Below the pieces are notes generated by a model. That model did no database searches, had not been told where the DNA came from, and was given only the letters and a program-made list of their open reading frames with translations. From assembly GCF_001194135.2 (NCBI RefSeq), contig NC_069000.1, positions 24,190,438 to 24,254,437 of the forward strand: a stretch of 64,000 nucleotides of DNA. The letters run 5' to 3'. Source of the DNA: Octopus bimaculoides. Its lineage: Eukaryota. This document shows positions 63,062 to 64,000 of this stretch, one piece after another; the stretch's first letter is position 1; each line of letters starts with the position of its first letter. Made by a program: the position numbers and the translations under genes.

Positions 63062-63719
63062 TGATCAGAGACCCATAGTCATAGGCACTTTAAACGTGAT
63101 CATCGTTCTTTATGTAAATGATCAAGGAATCCCCGCCTTTTTATTTATTATTTTTTTTACGGCAGAATGTGAATGGAGGGTGATTATGTTTCTATTTCTA
63201 GCTGGTCCAGCGACCACATCGAAATGTATGTATGTATGTAAGTTCCTCGTTGCATACGTCATTTTCTGTTGCCAGTTCTAAAATATAGCTGCACGTTTTC
63301 TTACACAAAAAAATTTGACACTTCATTAATTCAATGTCGTTTCATTACACGAGACCGAGCTTTTGAGAAAGTTATGTTTAACTATCTACACGTGTTTAGG
63401 TGAGAACTATAGTAAAATACTATTCGTTTGATCACGCGATCAGTCTCGCGGTGATACCTGTTTATTTATTTTTAAAAAACATTTCTTATGATATTTTGTG
63501 AACATTAGGGCTGCTGTTTATGGGTTGGCAATGGGTTTTACTGCATTCGAGTGAAGTAGGTCAGTGGCATGGGTACTTTAGGTAGTCGCCGGGGTTCCCT
63601 AAAGGTCAAAGGAGTCCAGTGTTAATCTATGTATGCTACTATTGTGTTAGCAGGAATCTCAGAGCATTGTTTTATTAAGTTGGCTCTGGAACAGGTAGCA
63701 CAGGGTGCTTTTGTTTCAA

Positions 63720-63882
63720 AGCACAGGTCTATCGGTTTTAGTGTTGATATAAATATAAATACCCTTTCGATGTTTTATCAAATTCAGATTACACTGAATA
63801 AATTGTAATAACACTGAATTAGAATATCTATACAGATTTTTCCTATCCTGAAGTGTATATACATTTTTCGGCGGACTCTGTA
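63720..63882 (-). mobile_element. Possible Tc1/mariner terminal fragment
   Basis: Minus strand TA-cagagtccgccgaaaaatgtatatacac next to a (TACA)n array. Only one end is seen and no transposase. Confidence 0.3.
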
Positions 63883-63968
63883 TACATACATACATACATA
63901 CATACATACATACATACATACATACATACATACATACATACATACACACACACATACATATGTATATA

Positions 63969-64000
<32 letters not shown>

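Overview
Eukaryotic, AT-rich, microsatellite-dense scaffold with many N gaps. The SINE and LINE families look like those of octopus, so a coleoid cephalopod origin is my inference, not a database result. One host gene can be supported, on the minus strand: a VWD/C8/EGF mucin-, zonadhesin- or FCGBP-like extracellular protein. It has five well-supported exons (53964-53675 C8; 48819-48618 TILa-like+EGF; 43864-43718 EGF; 38926-38655 and 35038-34713 VWD) and a probable tiny stop exon (33328-33310). Its 5' exons lie in gaps or beyond the window. The rest is mostly decayed mobile DNA: a near-complete Ty3/Gypsy element with PPT and 3' LTR start, four Penelope-like (PLE) remnants, Tx1-, RTE-, R4/Dong- and CR1-like LINE pieces, three mariner copies, a hAT-Charlie remnant and many tRNA-derived SINEs. 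Three structural signals stand out. (i) A PLE family whose terminal repeat carries a minimal hammerhead ribozyme with a tRNA-like Pol III head just upstream. (ii) Two nested inverted-repeat pairs at 19.3-25.4 kb that fit one PLE inserted in another. (iii) Many long fold-back structures (29.4-32.2 kb, 37.7-37.9 kb, three hairpins at 56.9-59.1 kb), several probably inside the host pre-mRNA. No rRNA, functional tRNA or CRISPR array is supported. All alignments and counts were done by eye, and repeat boundaries are approximate.
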